Shown here: piece by piece, positions 37,461-50,140 of the stretch
How the letters are laid out: each line of letters starts with the position of its first letter
Numbering within the stretch: position 1 is the stretch's first letter
Assembly (NCBI GenBank): GCA_030390025.1
Contig: CM059431.1
Coordinates: 143,594,001-143,658,000, forward strand
Origin: Squalus acanthias
Lineage: Eukaryota
Reading direction: 5' to 3'
DNA length: 64,000 nt
Program-made: the position numbers and the translations under genes
The notes under the pieces: model-generated
Database searches by the model: none
The model's input: the letters and a program-made list of their open reading frames with translations, nothing else
Told to the model about the DNA's origin: nothing

Positions 37461-39952
37461 ATAACCACATCAGATTGAATGTGACCCGGTAATGTAATGG
37501 TTAATTATTCATGCCTTTGCTTTTTATTTTACATGTTATTTTTGGATGATGTGGTTGATTACACATCCCCTTCTCACGATTCTATCTGGGTGCAGAACAT
37601 CGCTGACTGATGGAATTAAAACCTCTGCCTGTTGCCTGACTCCTGCCTTAAACATGGTTGGCTGCCTGAATCCAGCTAAATGAGAATGTGCCTGTTACAC
37701 AGAACTGCCCGAAGCGAATGAGCAATTTCCCAGAAGTTGGATGCCAGCCGGACTGGCAGAGCCCGGGCTCCACGGGGCCCTTCAACCAAGAGGATTTTGG
37801 TTTTGGAGAACGTCTGGGTCAAGTGGAACGTTAAAGAGTGACGGGTAAAGGGGGCACTTAATCCCAGTTAGTAACTGAAGACCATTCACAATTAAAGTAC
37901 AAAAGCTATTGTCAGCATAAGATTTTCAATAATGTTCTTGAACATTGGAGTGAGGTGCCAGAGGTTTATTAAGCATATAATACATGCAATAGTACTTACA
38001 CACACACTTAAAAGGTAAAAATTAGAACCACACCTGATGATGATTGGTGTGGTGACCCAAACATGTCACAGTCCTGAGCTCAGTATCTTAGGCCTTTACC
38101 AAACCGAATAATGTTTCAAAACTGTCAGTTGTTAATCATTTTTCTCACTCCCGGTACTTTAAAATCCTCACAATTCTGCATTACACAATTATATCTAACT
38201 TAAAATAAAACTCCACGTAAAGATAAGTTAATTCATTTATTTGAAAGATAGGATACACTCCTTTAATTGCGATGGTAACAAGTGAGAACTTTAATAGTGA
38301 GACTGCCTGATTCTGTATCTAACGTACTAAGTGAAAATGATGAAGGATGTCCCGATGTTTTCCTTAGCAAAACTAACTCTCTTCCCAAACTGTTACCAAA
38401 GCAAGAAAGTTCTCTGAAATTGATGAATCTGCTTGCAACGATATGTATTTAATTAAATAGCTTATTATCTGGCCCATTAGCCAAGCGGCACTTTAAATAG
38501 ACTTGTACTTTCTGCTTAACAGGAAAATACTAAAAATTAAGATTACTACAATAGAAAGAAAAAAAGAGAAACCAACACAGTATAATATTAGCATACGTTA
38601 GACTAGACTGATTAACCCTTTCCTTACCGCGCCCTCTTTGTTGACGTTAGAGCATTTCAGGTGAACACTAAAATCGCCCGAGCATCATATATCTATCTCG
38701 GCCTATTCTACTGCGCAGATCTCCATCCATTTTTTTTACACATGTTCTCACACTCCAGAGCCACAATAACAATTTCATGTAGTGTTGTTGTCTGCGTGAC
38801 TGACCATGTTTTGGATCCGTTCCTCAGAGTATCTTCATCACGCATAGAGCATGCTGGTTGCTTCATGCACAACGCGTCACGAGGTTTCATGTATTTGCCA
38901 GGTTATCAAATATATTATTTTCTTTCTTCTGCTAAATAAAGGACACGAACATCTCCCAGAGAAAGCTAGCAATTAACCATCTTAACTATAATTTCCTGAT
39001 TTTAACTAGACTGTGCATTGATACCAGACTCATATCTTTTGGCGAGTCGTACCCAAGTTAAGAAGGGATGGGAAAGAATAGATGGAAGCAGAACCTTCCA
39101 TTAGTTGAAGGATCAAGAACTAACGGCCAGCGATTAAATGATAAATGTACGAGGTTTAGAACTAAAGGTAGGAGAAGCCTCTTTACATGGAGAGTTGTGA
39201 GACTGTGGAAATACTGGAGGCAGAAATTATATCAATATTGAAGATTAAATTGCAAATGTGACTGAATATAAAGAGGCTGATGGGATGTTGAAACCGCGTG
39301 GGTGAAGTGATTGGAACTATTAGCTTGGGTGGCGGATAAAAGTCGACAAGCAATGGTTTGGTCGAATGGACTGTTATAACATTCCAACATTGTGATGACC
39401 AGTTGTGATTTTCAGTAAATATCTGTGAACAAAGATATCTAATGTCACATTGACGAGTCAAGTTCCTCCTGTCTCCATCATCAGACATTGGTCAGGAGAC
39501 AGGGCCCCGTTCTATTGGTCCAGGAGACAATGGGGGGCGGAGTCTGATGGGGTGACCAGAGCCTGCAACATTCACACCGAGATTACAGAATTACAGATAA
39601 CCACCATTGTAACACATTGTTTCTACATTAAAGGAAACTTTATCTGTTAATTAAACTGCGGCGTCTCATTCCAGTACCTGCGGTGTGAGGCAGTTAACGC
39701 TGACGCTCACATGTTCTACTCCACTGCTGAAGCTCAATCATGACCGTTCTCTTTGAATCTTGAGCGGGAAGTGCGCTGTTTTAGCAGGAATTGATTATGT
39801 TCACCGGGGGAAAGCAGTAGACATCAAACACACGGCACAAAGTGGGAGAAATGTTTTCTGATACCTGTTCATTCTCACAACAACAATCTGCTTTCGTCCT
39901 AACAGAAAGACAGAGTTTCTAAAATAGAACACGCGCTATAATTTAAATCTAG

Positions 39953-40881
39953 TTAGGACAGGAAGCTTTGATTTGACTTTTCATTTTTTTTAACAAATAT
40001 CCGAATAAATGCCCAAGGAGATTTCACCAGCTTCTTCAGCTCTTCCCTGAATTTAGTTTGTGTAGCTGCATAAATACAAGTGTTTGTACAAGAACTCAAA
40101 TACATCAGCAGATATCCGGTTTCAGTGGCGATGTAAGCAGGATCTATGTAATCGCCTCGGTGATGCACGGCTAGGGTGTTAACTATAAAACTCACGGCAG
40201 ACGTCAGCCACAACAATACAAAACTGCCCGATACTGTGAACAGTAAAATTATGGATTTCCTTCGGTTCTCCATCTCTGGATCGCTCTTATTCTCACTGCT
40301 GTGACCCCGGAGTCCCCTGCGGGCTCTACTGGCCACTAAAATACGCCTGACTGTCAAACAATTAAGCAGGAATATCAAAACAAAAGGAAGCCACGTATTG
40401 AAAATATTTTGTAATCGGAAGTAGGCTACACCTGCAGGCGATGAATAAAAGGCCGCACTGGGGCGGAAACCCCAGGGAACATTGTTGATTATTTGTTTGT
40501 GTTCATATGCAAACCAAAATGGGATGTTCTCTAAATAAACCAGGACAGAGACAATTGTGATAACCGCGGCCGCAGTTCTCACTGCGCAATACTTTGTTTT
40601 AAACTTCTGACAACATATAGCAATAAAACGGTCAAATGTGAAGGAGACGGTAAACCACACCGACATATCCAGGTTGGTACAACACATGTACATCATGAGC
40701 TTACAAACGGCAGTGTAGGACAGGAATGAATCTGGGAAGCGTTTACTCAAAATATGATATACGATTACATTGACGATCATGACAAGTAGATCTGCTGTTG
40801 CCATTGCCACCATGTAGACCGAGATACATTTGGAAAGGCCGCATTTTCCTCTGAAGAGAATCACCATTGTCAACAGGTTCG
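39953..40881 (-). CDS. GPR139/GPR142-like class A GPCR, exon 2
   Basis: Seven hydrophobic segments in the spliced protein; MAxADL (TM2), FTFDRFIAIC (DRY variant), LPF (TM5), NTCIY (NPxxY variant). Acceptor TCTTTCTTACAG ends at 40882, phase 1; open to TAA. Confidence 0.93.
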
Positions 40882-42392
40882 CTGTAAGAAAGAGGGACAA
40901 GAGTAAGTAATGGGGACCCTCGGATAAATCTTACAGCGTATTGTGGGGAGATAAACCGATGTGATCCTACTGAAGGTTATGCACACGTTATTATATAGAC
41001 GAACTTTGACAAGAGACCTTTTCAAACGAAAGTTATCATTAAACACTCAATATCGAGGGAGTGAGAAGGCGCCGTCCTTCCAGCACAATTCAGTCAGACT
41101 GTGTCAGTTTGGTGGGTGGGGGTGTGTGCTGAGAGAATCGCTCGTATTCAGTATCGGCAATGGTAACGGGTAGCGACCCAAACACCACCGACAGCCAGGC
41201 ACTGATGGCTCAATGGAGGGGATTTTTACTTTGGGAGGCAATGTAAAACGGACGACTCCGGATCAGCCGTCCATGATAAATCTCTTCCGAATGAATCTGC
41301 ATCGCTATCCCCACTGACACTATATTAATGCATAAAAACAGAAAATTCTGGAAATACTCAGCAGGACAAGCATTATCTGTGGAGAGGAAAACGACGTTTA
41401 CGTTTCATGTTGAAACCTTTCGTTAGAAATACATTCAGGCTCCATTCACACTTTAACTGTGCGGTCCAGGCCAAGACACAGTATCTCGCAGGGACGGTAC
41501 AGTTACAGATTAAAGTCCCTTAAAGGGCAACCTTGAATGGTTCTGTAACTTGTTAATTTTCACAGTCAATAAAGAAGCGGATTGCCTTACATACACAAAA
41601 ACACACATTGCATTGCAGTGTGGAGCGCTGAAACCATCCCGCCATGAGGCTGGGACCATGTGATGCACCGAGCCAATGTGATGAGTTACTACAGCGGCCC
41701 CAGGGAGCAATTGATGGAATTTTACATTTAATCTCATCGGTTTAATTGGCGAGGGGGATCTCGGGAGCGGCATCAGATGTCAGCTATATTCAACATAATT
41801 TACAAACAATTACTGGGAAGATATGAATTCAAATATTACATTCAGCTATGACACAAACATTCGATGTAGGTCGAAATTCTGCGCTTTTTCTATTTATAAT
41901 GGCCCCGAGGAAGCTGCTCGGTAACAGAGCGGGAGCTGGTGGAGCTGCGACGGTTCTTTGCAGCCGAGGGGAGGGGAGCAGCTCCCTGAGCGGCAATTAT
42001 TGCTCCAAATATCATTCACAGTCCTTTGATGGGTGGAGGTGGCTGCAGTACAAGGAAATATCAACCTAAAGTAGACAGGGAACAACGGGACAGATGAAAT
42101 GATTACCATGGACAGTAAGCAACACATTCTTTAGAGTTCTATGTACTATTGGAGGGGCCGGGGAATCAACCTCGCCCTCCCTCAGTAGACGGAGCGAAGT
42201 TGACCTTCCGGTGGCCACGATCGAGCGACCAGAACAGCGCCTCAGCGGCCGCGCGGACTGGTCGGTTTCCCACTGATATTCACCGACTGATCCCGCTGGA
42301 TCAATGACTCTGCAATGAGGACATGCTCGGAATCGGTTACATTAACACTGAGATAGTCAACAGTTATTAGACAACACAATACATTGACTTAC

Positions 42393-42462
42393 CGGGAGCC
42401 CCAAAGGTTGCGAGAATAGGGTAGTAAATGTTCTTTATCTGTAGAATTGTTGGCAGTTCCAT
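42393..42462 (-). CDS. GPR139/GPR142-like GPCR, exon 1
   Basis: MELPTILQIKNIYYPILATFGAP + G|GTAAGT; the phase-1 join gives ...GAPANLL... and a 332-aa protein (70+929 nt). Confidence 0.9.
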
Positions 42463-42537
42463 TTAAAAAACTGTGCGAAATCTGTCCAGCTTTACGGTTC
42501 GGACTGGAATGTATCTGAGATCGGTAAATACTCCCCA

Positions 42538-42543
42538 TTTATA
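42538..42543 (-). promoter_or_regulatory. Candidate TATA box of the GPCR
   Basis: TATAAA on the minus strand about 76 nt upstream of the ATG. Confidence 0.55.
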
Positions 42544-42819
42544 GAACAATCTGTGACCCGGTCTGAAAAAAACATGTTACACAATAAGTGGCGTTAGTTA
42601 CAGTCACTTAACAAACAAGGGGCGATTTTCCGCTTCAGTGCGCCCCGGCCCGCAGTGGGAAAATTGTACGGAAAGTAATCCCAGAGGGAATTTGCCCTGC
42701 GCATGGGCACTGAACGCTGAATGGAACATCCCTCCTGAACTCTACGTTAGGTTCTTGAGTTTTCAAATCTATTCTCTGAAAATTTTACTCATCCATGGCA
42801 TAAGCTAAACTTGTATTTT

Positions 42820-44625
42820 TACTGTAATGATGCCAAGTGATGACTCCGCTCTAATATTACTGGAAATGATTAATCGCTAACAATACTGGCGATGATTCAT
42901 CGCTAACATTACCAGTGATGACTCCTCTCTAACATTGCTGGCGGTGACACTACTCTAATATTACTGGCGAAGAGGCTACGCTGACTTTAATGCTGTTGAT
43001 CGTATTCTACCGTTACTGGTTTTTGATCCTATTCTACCATTACTGGTGGTGATTATAATCTAACATTACCGCTGGTAACCCAACACAAAAAAAATTGTTG
43101 AGGACACACTTTAACATTATTGCTGGTTAATATACTCTAAAATTACTGGTGTTGATCCCACTTGTAATTGCTGGGGATGACCCTACTCCAACATAATAAT
43201 GGTGACCATAATCTAACATTACTGTTCCTTGGCCCAACTCTAACATTACTCTGGTAACATTACACTAACATTACTGGTGGTGACCCTACTCTAACATTAC
43301 TGGCGGCGACCCTACTCAAAAATTACTGGCGGTGAACCTATCTAACATTACAGGTTGTGACCATACTGTAATATTGCTGTTGGGGTTTTACGTTAACATT
43401 ATTTGTAGTGACTCTACTCTAACATTAATGGTTGTGACACTACACTAACATTACTGGTGGTCACCCTACTCAAAAATAACTGGCGATGAACCTATCTAAC
43501 ATTACAGGGAGTGACTATACTGTAATATTACTGGTGGGGATTCTACGCTAACATTATTGGTAGTGACTCTACTCTAACATTACTGGTGGTGATCCTAATG
43601 TACCATTACTGGTGGTTACCCTAATCTATCATGACTGTTGGTGACTCTACTCTAACATTAATGGCGGCGCCCCTCCTCTAACGTTACTGATGGCGACCCT
43701 ACTCTAACATTACTGGTGGTGACTCTACTCTAACATTACTGGTGGTGGTTCTACTCTAACATTACTGGTGGTGAGACTACACTATCATTACTGGTGGTGA
43801 CGCTACCTAACATTAATGGTGGTGACCCTACTCTAAAATTAATGCTGGTGCCCCTACTCTGACATTACTGGTGGTGGCACTAAGCTCACGTTTTTGGTGG
43901 CAACTCTACTCTCACATTATTGGTGGTGAGTATAATCTAACATTACTGGTGGTGACCCTACTCTAACATTAATGGTGGTGACCCTACTCTAACATTACTG
44001 TTGGAGACTTCACTCTGACATTACTGTTGGTGACACTTCTGCAACATTTATGGTGGTGACTCTACTCTCACATTAGTAGTGGTGACCCTACTCTAACATT
44101 AATGATGATGACTCTACTCTAATATTACTGGTGGTGACCCTACACTAACATTACTGGCGTTGACCCTACACTAACATTAATGGTGGTGACCCTACTCTAA
44201 CATTAATGGTGGTGACTCTACTATAACATTTCTGGTGGTGACCCTACTCTAACATTACTGGTGGTGACACTACTCTAACATTACTGGTGGTGACTCTACT
44301 CTAACATTACTGGCAGTGACCCTACTCTAACATTACTGGTGGTGACTCTACTCTAACATTACTGGCGGTGACCCTACTCTAACATTACTGGTGTTGCCCC
44401 TACTCTAACATTACAGGTGGGAACTCAGCTATAGCATTAATGGTGGTGATCCTACTCTATCATTAATGGTGGTGACCCTACTCTAACATTACTGGTGGCG
44501 ACTCTACTCTAGCATTCCTGGTGGCGAATCTACTCTAACATTACTGGTGGCGACTCTACTCTATCATTGCTGGTTGTGATCCTACTCTAACATTACTTGT
44601 AGTGAACCTACTCTAACATTACTCG
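42820..44625. repeat. 26-bp minisatellite (CTACTCTAACATTACTGGTGGTGACC)n, roughly 65-70 units
   Basis: Directly visible; more homogeneous at 43700-44620 and degenerate toward 42820. Confidence 0.96.
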
Positions 44626-45019
44626 AACAGACAGTCTTAAGTTTAATGTGCCCTAAGTTTCCTGAGTTCCATTTTCTTGCTTTCTATATTTACTGCGTCC
44701 TTTTCTCTGCAATTATTGTTTCCTATTACTCTTGTTTCACTTTTTCCTCGTGCTTACTCTCTCCTAAGTTTCCTTATTCGTGTTCCCTGTGTTTCCTTTG
44801 CTTCCTGTGATAGCTCAAGTCCAAAGAAAGTTTGAGGGAACCAAAGTGCTAATTCAAAGGGAGCAACAAGTTCCCCCAAATAAACAGGGTCTCCTAAGTC
44901 AGAATTACATGGAAATTACAACTTGGAATCGGCCCAACCATTCCGTATAGTTGCTAATTCACTCCAAATTACATGTGCCCACCTGGTTCCCATATCACTT
45001 TATCCCACTTTACTTTTTT

Positions 45020-45305
45020 TATTCGTTTATTGATGTGGGCGTCGCTGGCGAGGCCTGCATTTATTGCCCATCCCTAATTGCCCTTGAGAAGGCGGTGGTG
45101 AGCCGCCTTCTTGAACCGCTGCAGTCCGTGTGGTGAAGGTACTCCCACAGTGCTTTTAGTAGGCAGTTCCAGGATATTGACCCAGCGACGATGAATGATC
45201 GGCGATATACTTCTAAGTCAGGATCGTGTGTGACTTGGAGGGGAACTTGGAGATGGTGGTTTTCCCATGCACCTACTGTCCTAGGTGGAGGATGTCGCGG
45301 GTTCA
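45020..45305 (-). mobile_element. Second-family LINE 3' tail
   Basis: Same sequence as 4670-4960. Confidence 0.85.
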
Positions 45306-45424
45306 ACCACCTATCTAATCTATTCATAACGTTGACATTTTTAAATATCATTCAATGATGTTGCCAGTTACTGCGGATCAAGGTTGCCATGAGAAGTTGA
45401 TTTGAATCAACAATCTATGTTGCC

Positions 45425-45742
45425 GGAGACTTCCCGACGGGAGGTTAAATCGATGCCTTCTCTGACCTCTTGGGTGGACGTTAAAGATCCCATGGCACTG
45501 TTGAGAAGAAGAGCAGTGGAATTCTCCCCGGCGACCTCGCCAATATTTAACCTCAATCAACAACATTAAAACAGATTATCTGGTAGTTATTACAGTGTGG
45601 GAGCATGCTGTGCCCTAATTGTCTACCACATGTATTGCACTACAACAGTGGCCGCTCCTCACAAGTACTGAATCGGCTGTAAATTGCTTCGTGATATCCT
45701 GAGCTGGTGAATGGCGCTCTATCAATTCAAGGCTTCCTTTGA
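45425..45742 (+). mobile_element. Deu-domain SINE (SacSINE1-like) fragment
   Basis: GGTGGACGTTAAAGATCCCATGGCACT...GAAGAAGAGCAG...AAAACAGATTATCTGG plus an L2-like tail. Confidence 0.8.
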
Positions 45743-47084
45743 TAAGCATATAACGCAAAACTGCTCTCGGATTGTGCAGGACAGATTAAGCAGTGAGCAT
45801 TTAATGAATGGTGATGTGACTGAGGAGAGCGGGCACATTGAGCGCTGTGCAGCAAGCAACCAAACACACAGAGGACTGAGATACAACGCCCAATAAACAT
45901 GACGTTTCAGGCTCCAATGCTGCAGTTGTGATGTGCACCAGTCAGTACTGACCCTGCGTATTGACCTTATTTCTGGTCACTCATGTACAAAAGGAGCATC
46001 CATTCCTGGGAGCGGGATAGAGGGAGACCGCTAGGCTGAGATCCAGTGACAGAGAGCTCGGCCACGGGGAAAGTGCAGCGAAAAGTCACGCTGTTAAAAA
46101 TTAATGACTGTGCAAGAACACAGAAAGGTAGAAAAGACCAGCTGGCCCAGCAATCCTGCTCCCACAGGCTTGTAGCATCAGGGCTTTCTACCTCCATGTG
46201 ATCTTCTGGGAGCGGTGAAATACTAGGAAAGAAACAGGGCCAATACGGGGGAAAATCCTCTCCGACATGTCCAGTCCAGTAGATCACAGTGGCCAGGCGC
46301 ACGTTAATAGTTAAACCATTTACGTTTAATATGAAGCAATCTCTGGCCCATCCAAGACCAGTCCAGCTCCCTGCTGAAGGGATGCAGAGAGTCAGCACAC
46401 ACCGCACAAACTGGCAACGCAATCCAAACGCTCACTACTCTCTGGGAAAGCCGAGCATCCAGCCGATTACTACAAGAGTGTAATTTAAACGCTTATCCCC
46501 TGGTTCTCTTCATCCTCTCAAACTCAAATAACCTATCATTCGAAACTCTATCCTTGGCTTTAAATATTTTATATAACTCTCAGGTCGCCTCTAAGACTAT
46601 GGACCTCTGGAGTTAGGCAAGGTACGAGGGGTGGTAAACAAGGAATATCTTAATCAGGTTTAAGTGTACAGAGCGGTAAAGGACCAGAGCTTGGACCATG
46701 TGTCAATGCTTCATACTTGTGCTGACTGATCACTGAATTGATATTCTGGGTCGGGACTGTTGAACCGTTCAAGGAGCAGCTATAGGCGGTGATGGGATTG
46801 TGGGTTCCAGTGAATTGATCTGCTTGATGAACCGAACGTCATGCCTCATCCGCACTTATCTGAGTGAAACAGGGCTTCATCAGTTTGCGAGCGCACAATG
46901 AAGAGGTTGAACATTAAATGGAGGATCGGTAGTTAGTGGCACTAAGCGGTTAACAAGGGGCTTGAATATAACTAGTTAATGAATAAGGTAGCACCTCTAA
47001 GGATTAGCCATATTTTTATTATAATTTGATCTTAACTAGTTATTGTTTTTGATAGAGGACAGAGCTACATTAATAGATTCAAAA

Positions 47085-47846
47085 TGGCACGAAAATTAGA
47101 CCTAATGCGGGAGAGTACGCACTGTGTACTCTCGCGTATTAGGTCCCGAAGAGCCGGTTTCCTGCATGGACTGCGCATGCGCGGGAAACCGGCACTTCGT
47201 GTATGGCAAAGGGGGCGGTTCCTAAGTGAACCGCGTGCGCGCTACAGGTTGCGCGCACACAGCGCACTTAGTTTTTTTTCAGGTTTGAACGCGCAGGTAA
47301 GTGTTGAAGATTTTACACGTAAAGAAAGCAGGCGTAAGACCCCCTTTTAACAAGGTAAGGAGTTAATTAAGTATTATTTTATATTTTTTTCAACAGGTTT
47401 ATCTTTTTTAGAGACGTTAAAGAAAGGTAAGTTTATTTTTATAACTTTTAAAAAGAATTTAAATTTTTTCAATAATTTAAATTTTTGTTTAAAGTGGTTA
47501 ATTTATTTAACTAGAGTTATTTTATTAATGTGATGGCTTTTTTTAAATTTAATTGAGGTTTTGCTGTTCTTTTGGGCGCTTGTTGTATTCATAGCTTTGA
47601 CAGGTCTTGCTGTCAAAACTATGAATGAAAGATGGTGTGCTGCCATTGGCTCTAACTGGCCCATGTGATCCCAGAGGTCGCATCGCACTAACTGCGCCTC
47701 TGGGACACGCACACACTGCGCGCCGGCACCAGGGAGAGGCCCAGGAACTGAAGTTCGTGTGGGCCAAAGCCATAAAGGTAGGCGCGGAGTGCGATATCGC
47801 GGGGGATCCTTACCCCCGCGGCAACCATCGAACTCCAAATTGTGGG
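47085..47846. mobile_element. Harbinger-like MITE, same family and orientation as 3279-4022
   Basis: Colinear homology (GAGAGTACGCACTG..TACTCTCGCG, TGCGCATGCGC, AT-rich middle, AAGATGGTGTGCTGCCATTGGCTCTAACTG, CTTACCCCCGCGG); TIRs degenerate. Confidence 0.85.
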
Positions 47847-48316
47847 TTTGTTATATTTACTTTGAGACTGCACATGGAAGTTTTATTCATGGGTTGTTGT
47901 TTTGCTTTCTGATTAGACACCGAGAGGTTAATCAAGCCTTCAAATATAATAAGTTAGTGAATTAGACATGAAAGTGAACTGCTAATACATGTTTGGTTAA
48001 AATAACATTAAACAGAACATTGAGACCTTAACAACAGGCTCCGTTTTAACTACTTCAATTAAACAGAACAACAAGGGTGTTGACCCGAGACAGCTGCTGG
48101 ATTGGGGTCGGCGGCGATTTAAAGATCCTGTTGGACAGGGGCCCAGAGGGATTAAACAGATGGTGTGAGGAGGCTCGCACACACGGTCTGTCACTCACAC
48201 ATGGACTTAAAACTCCTGCTGCTTTACATAACGGGCCAGTATTATGGTCTGGTCAGCTGTGAGCCTACTTGTCCCAGGCCAGGCTGAGGGATTCTACGGA
48301 GCTCCCAGCACGGTCA

Positions 48317-48431
48317 ATGTCAGGAAGGCTGAGGCTGCGATCCGCTTCAAACCCCTTGGAGAGTGTGAGCCTCTTCATTAATGAGAAGATCCTCAGGGAA
48401 TGTCACTTGCTGTACACCGACTCAAAGCACG
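48317..48431 (+). CDS. Uncharacterised dynamin/EHD-like GTPase, putative first coding exon
   Basis: MSGRLRL...INEKILRECHLLYTDSKH G|GTAAGA; ATG plus donor, upstream of the other exons. Confidence 0.7.
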
Positions 48432-48848
48432 GTAAGACACTGGGGACAAGTGTTTTAGGGACAGCATTCAGATATATTTTCAACATATATTTACAGCACA
48501 CGGCCCAGTCCCTCGCCCGCGTGTGTGAAAGGCAGCAACTGAGAACATTATTTCGGTGTTTCTGAGTCACTCGGCTCTCGGGTTTCACTCTGCCTGAGTT
48601 GGCAGCAATTCAACTTTATGATGTTGCTTTCAGCAGAAATTTGTCAGAACTCGCTCTCAGAGAGGTGTTTGTTTGAGACATTTTTCTTTCAAGAGTATTT
48701 ATATATATCTATAATGATTCAGTCATGTATCTGTACATTTTGAAACGTGAGCTCTGTGATTTACTAAAGCTTTAAGGATTCTTGTTGCTCACGATGCACT
48801 GGCTCCGTCTGGTCTGGGCACAGCAGGGCAGCAGAAAGAGGAAGGATC

Positions 48849-48965
48849 GGAGTGAGATTTACAGAGTGAGGGAATGGGAGTGAGATTTACAGAGTGAGGG
48901 AATAGGAGTGAGATTTACAGAGTGAGGGAGTGGGAGTAAGATTTGCAGAGTGAGGGAATGGGAGT
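48849..48965. repeat. 28-bp tandem repeat, 4 units
   Basis: GGAGTGAGATTTACAGAGTGAGGGAATG. Confidence 0.92.
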
Positions 48966-50140
48966 TAGATGGAAAGCCTTTTAAAGTCAAAATACACCAC
49001 ATCCACTGGTTCCCCCTTATCTATTCTACCAGTTACATCCTCAAAAAATGCCTTAAGCCTTTTAAAAAACTCGATTAATTCACTCATTATAATTGCAAAC
49101 CCGCCTGTCCTCATTATTTTACACTTCAGTGGTGGTGGAAATGGTTTGGGGGTGGGTCGGGACTTCCAAATTCCTATTATTCTTCGTGGGAAGATGTGCT
49201 TCCCGATTTTGCTCGTGAATGACCTAGCTTTATTTTTAAAGCTACGCTCCCTTCTTTTGGAGGACATAGTTTCTTAGCATCCATCCTACCGAATATTTTT
49301 ATCATTTTGAACGCTTCTATCAGATCTCCTTCAATGTTCTATACTCAGGGGAACACACATTTCTGATGGTGAATATGTTCTGTACCCCTCAAAGGCCAAC
49401 ACATGCTTGCTGAGGTGCGATGTCCATAACTGAACCAATACTCTCGATGGGGGCCTCACCAAGGCTCTCCACAACTGGAGAATGACTTTCTCCACTTTGA
49501 CTTCCAGCCCCCTTGACATAGGGGCCAACATTCCATCAATCATTTGATTAGGTTTGTTACCTGTCTATTAGCTTTCAATGATATATCTGCACGGATACCG
49601 AATATATCTTTGATTCTACATAGTTCGTAGTTTCTCACATACAGAGCATCCTCCGAATTAGTTTTCTGGATCTGGAGTGATGGCCTCACGCTTTCCCGAA
49701 TTGAGATCATTTTGCTACAGTTGTTCCTATTCACTTCATCGGTTGTATGTCCTTTTGTAAATTCCTCCTCCCATCTACACATACTAATGTATCTGCCAAC
49801 TAAGTGCAGACTTGTAATATACAACTCTCTATTCCTTCATCCAAACCATTGACAAATATGGTGAAAGGATGAGGACACAGAATAGATCCATGTGCAACAG
49901 AACTTGTCACATCAAGACAATCAGATTATTTGCAATTTATCCAAACTCTCTGTCTCCGACCTCCCAACCAAATTACAACCCTTTTCACAAGGTTGCTGCC
50001 TATTCCAAACGCTTTCATTTTTGCTAATATCTCTTGTTCAAAACCTGATCAACTACCTTCTGGAAGTCCATGCAGAGAACATCCAGGGGCGTTCCTTTCT
50101 CTAGCATGTTAGTGACCTCCTGAAAAATATCAACTAGTTT
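48966..50140 (-). mobile_element. CR1 fragments (a short younger piece plus an old RT/3' piece)
   Basis: FFEDVTGRIDKGEPVDVVYFDFKR; LQLWRALVRP. Confidence 0.72.

Noticed and set aside
37480..38070. Solo LTR (TGTGAC...GTCACA termini)
   Set aside because: No matching TSD, PBS, PPT or second copy seen; a 6-bp inverted match can be chance.
40882..40900. ORF-track start of the GPCR at 40900
   Set aside because: It is a non-ATG start within the intron's pyrimidine tract; the real start is exon 1 at 42462.
42820..44625. CRISPR-like array or repetitive coding sequence
   Set aside because: Head-to-tail units without unique spacers, a 26-bp unit is not a multiple of 3, no cas genes, vertebrate context.
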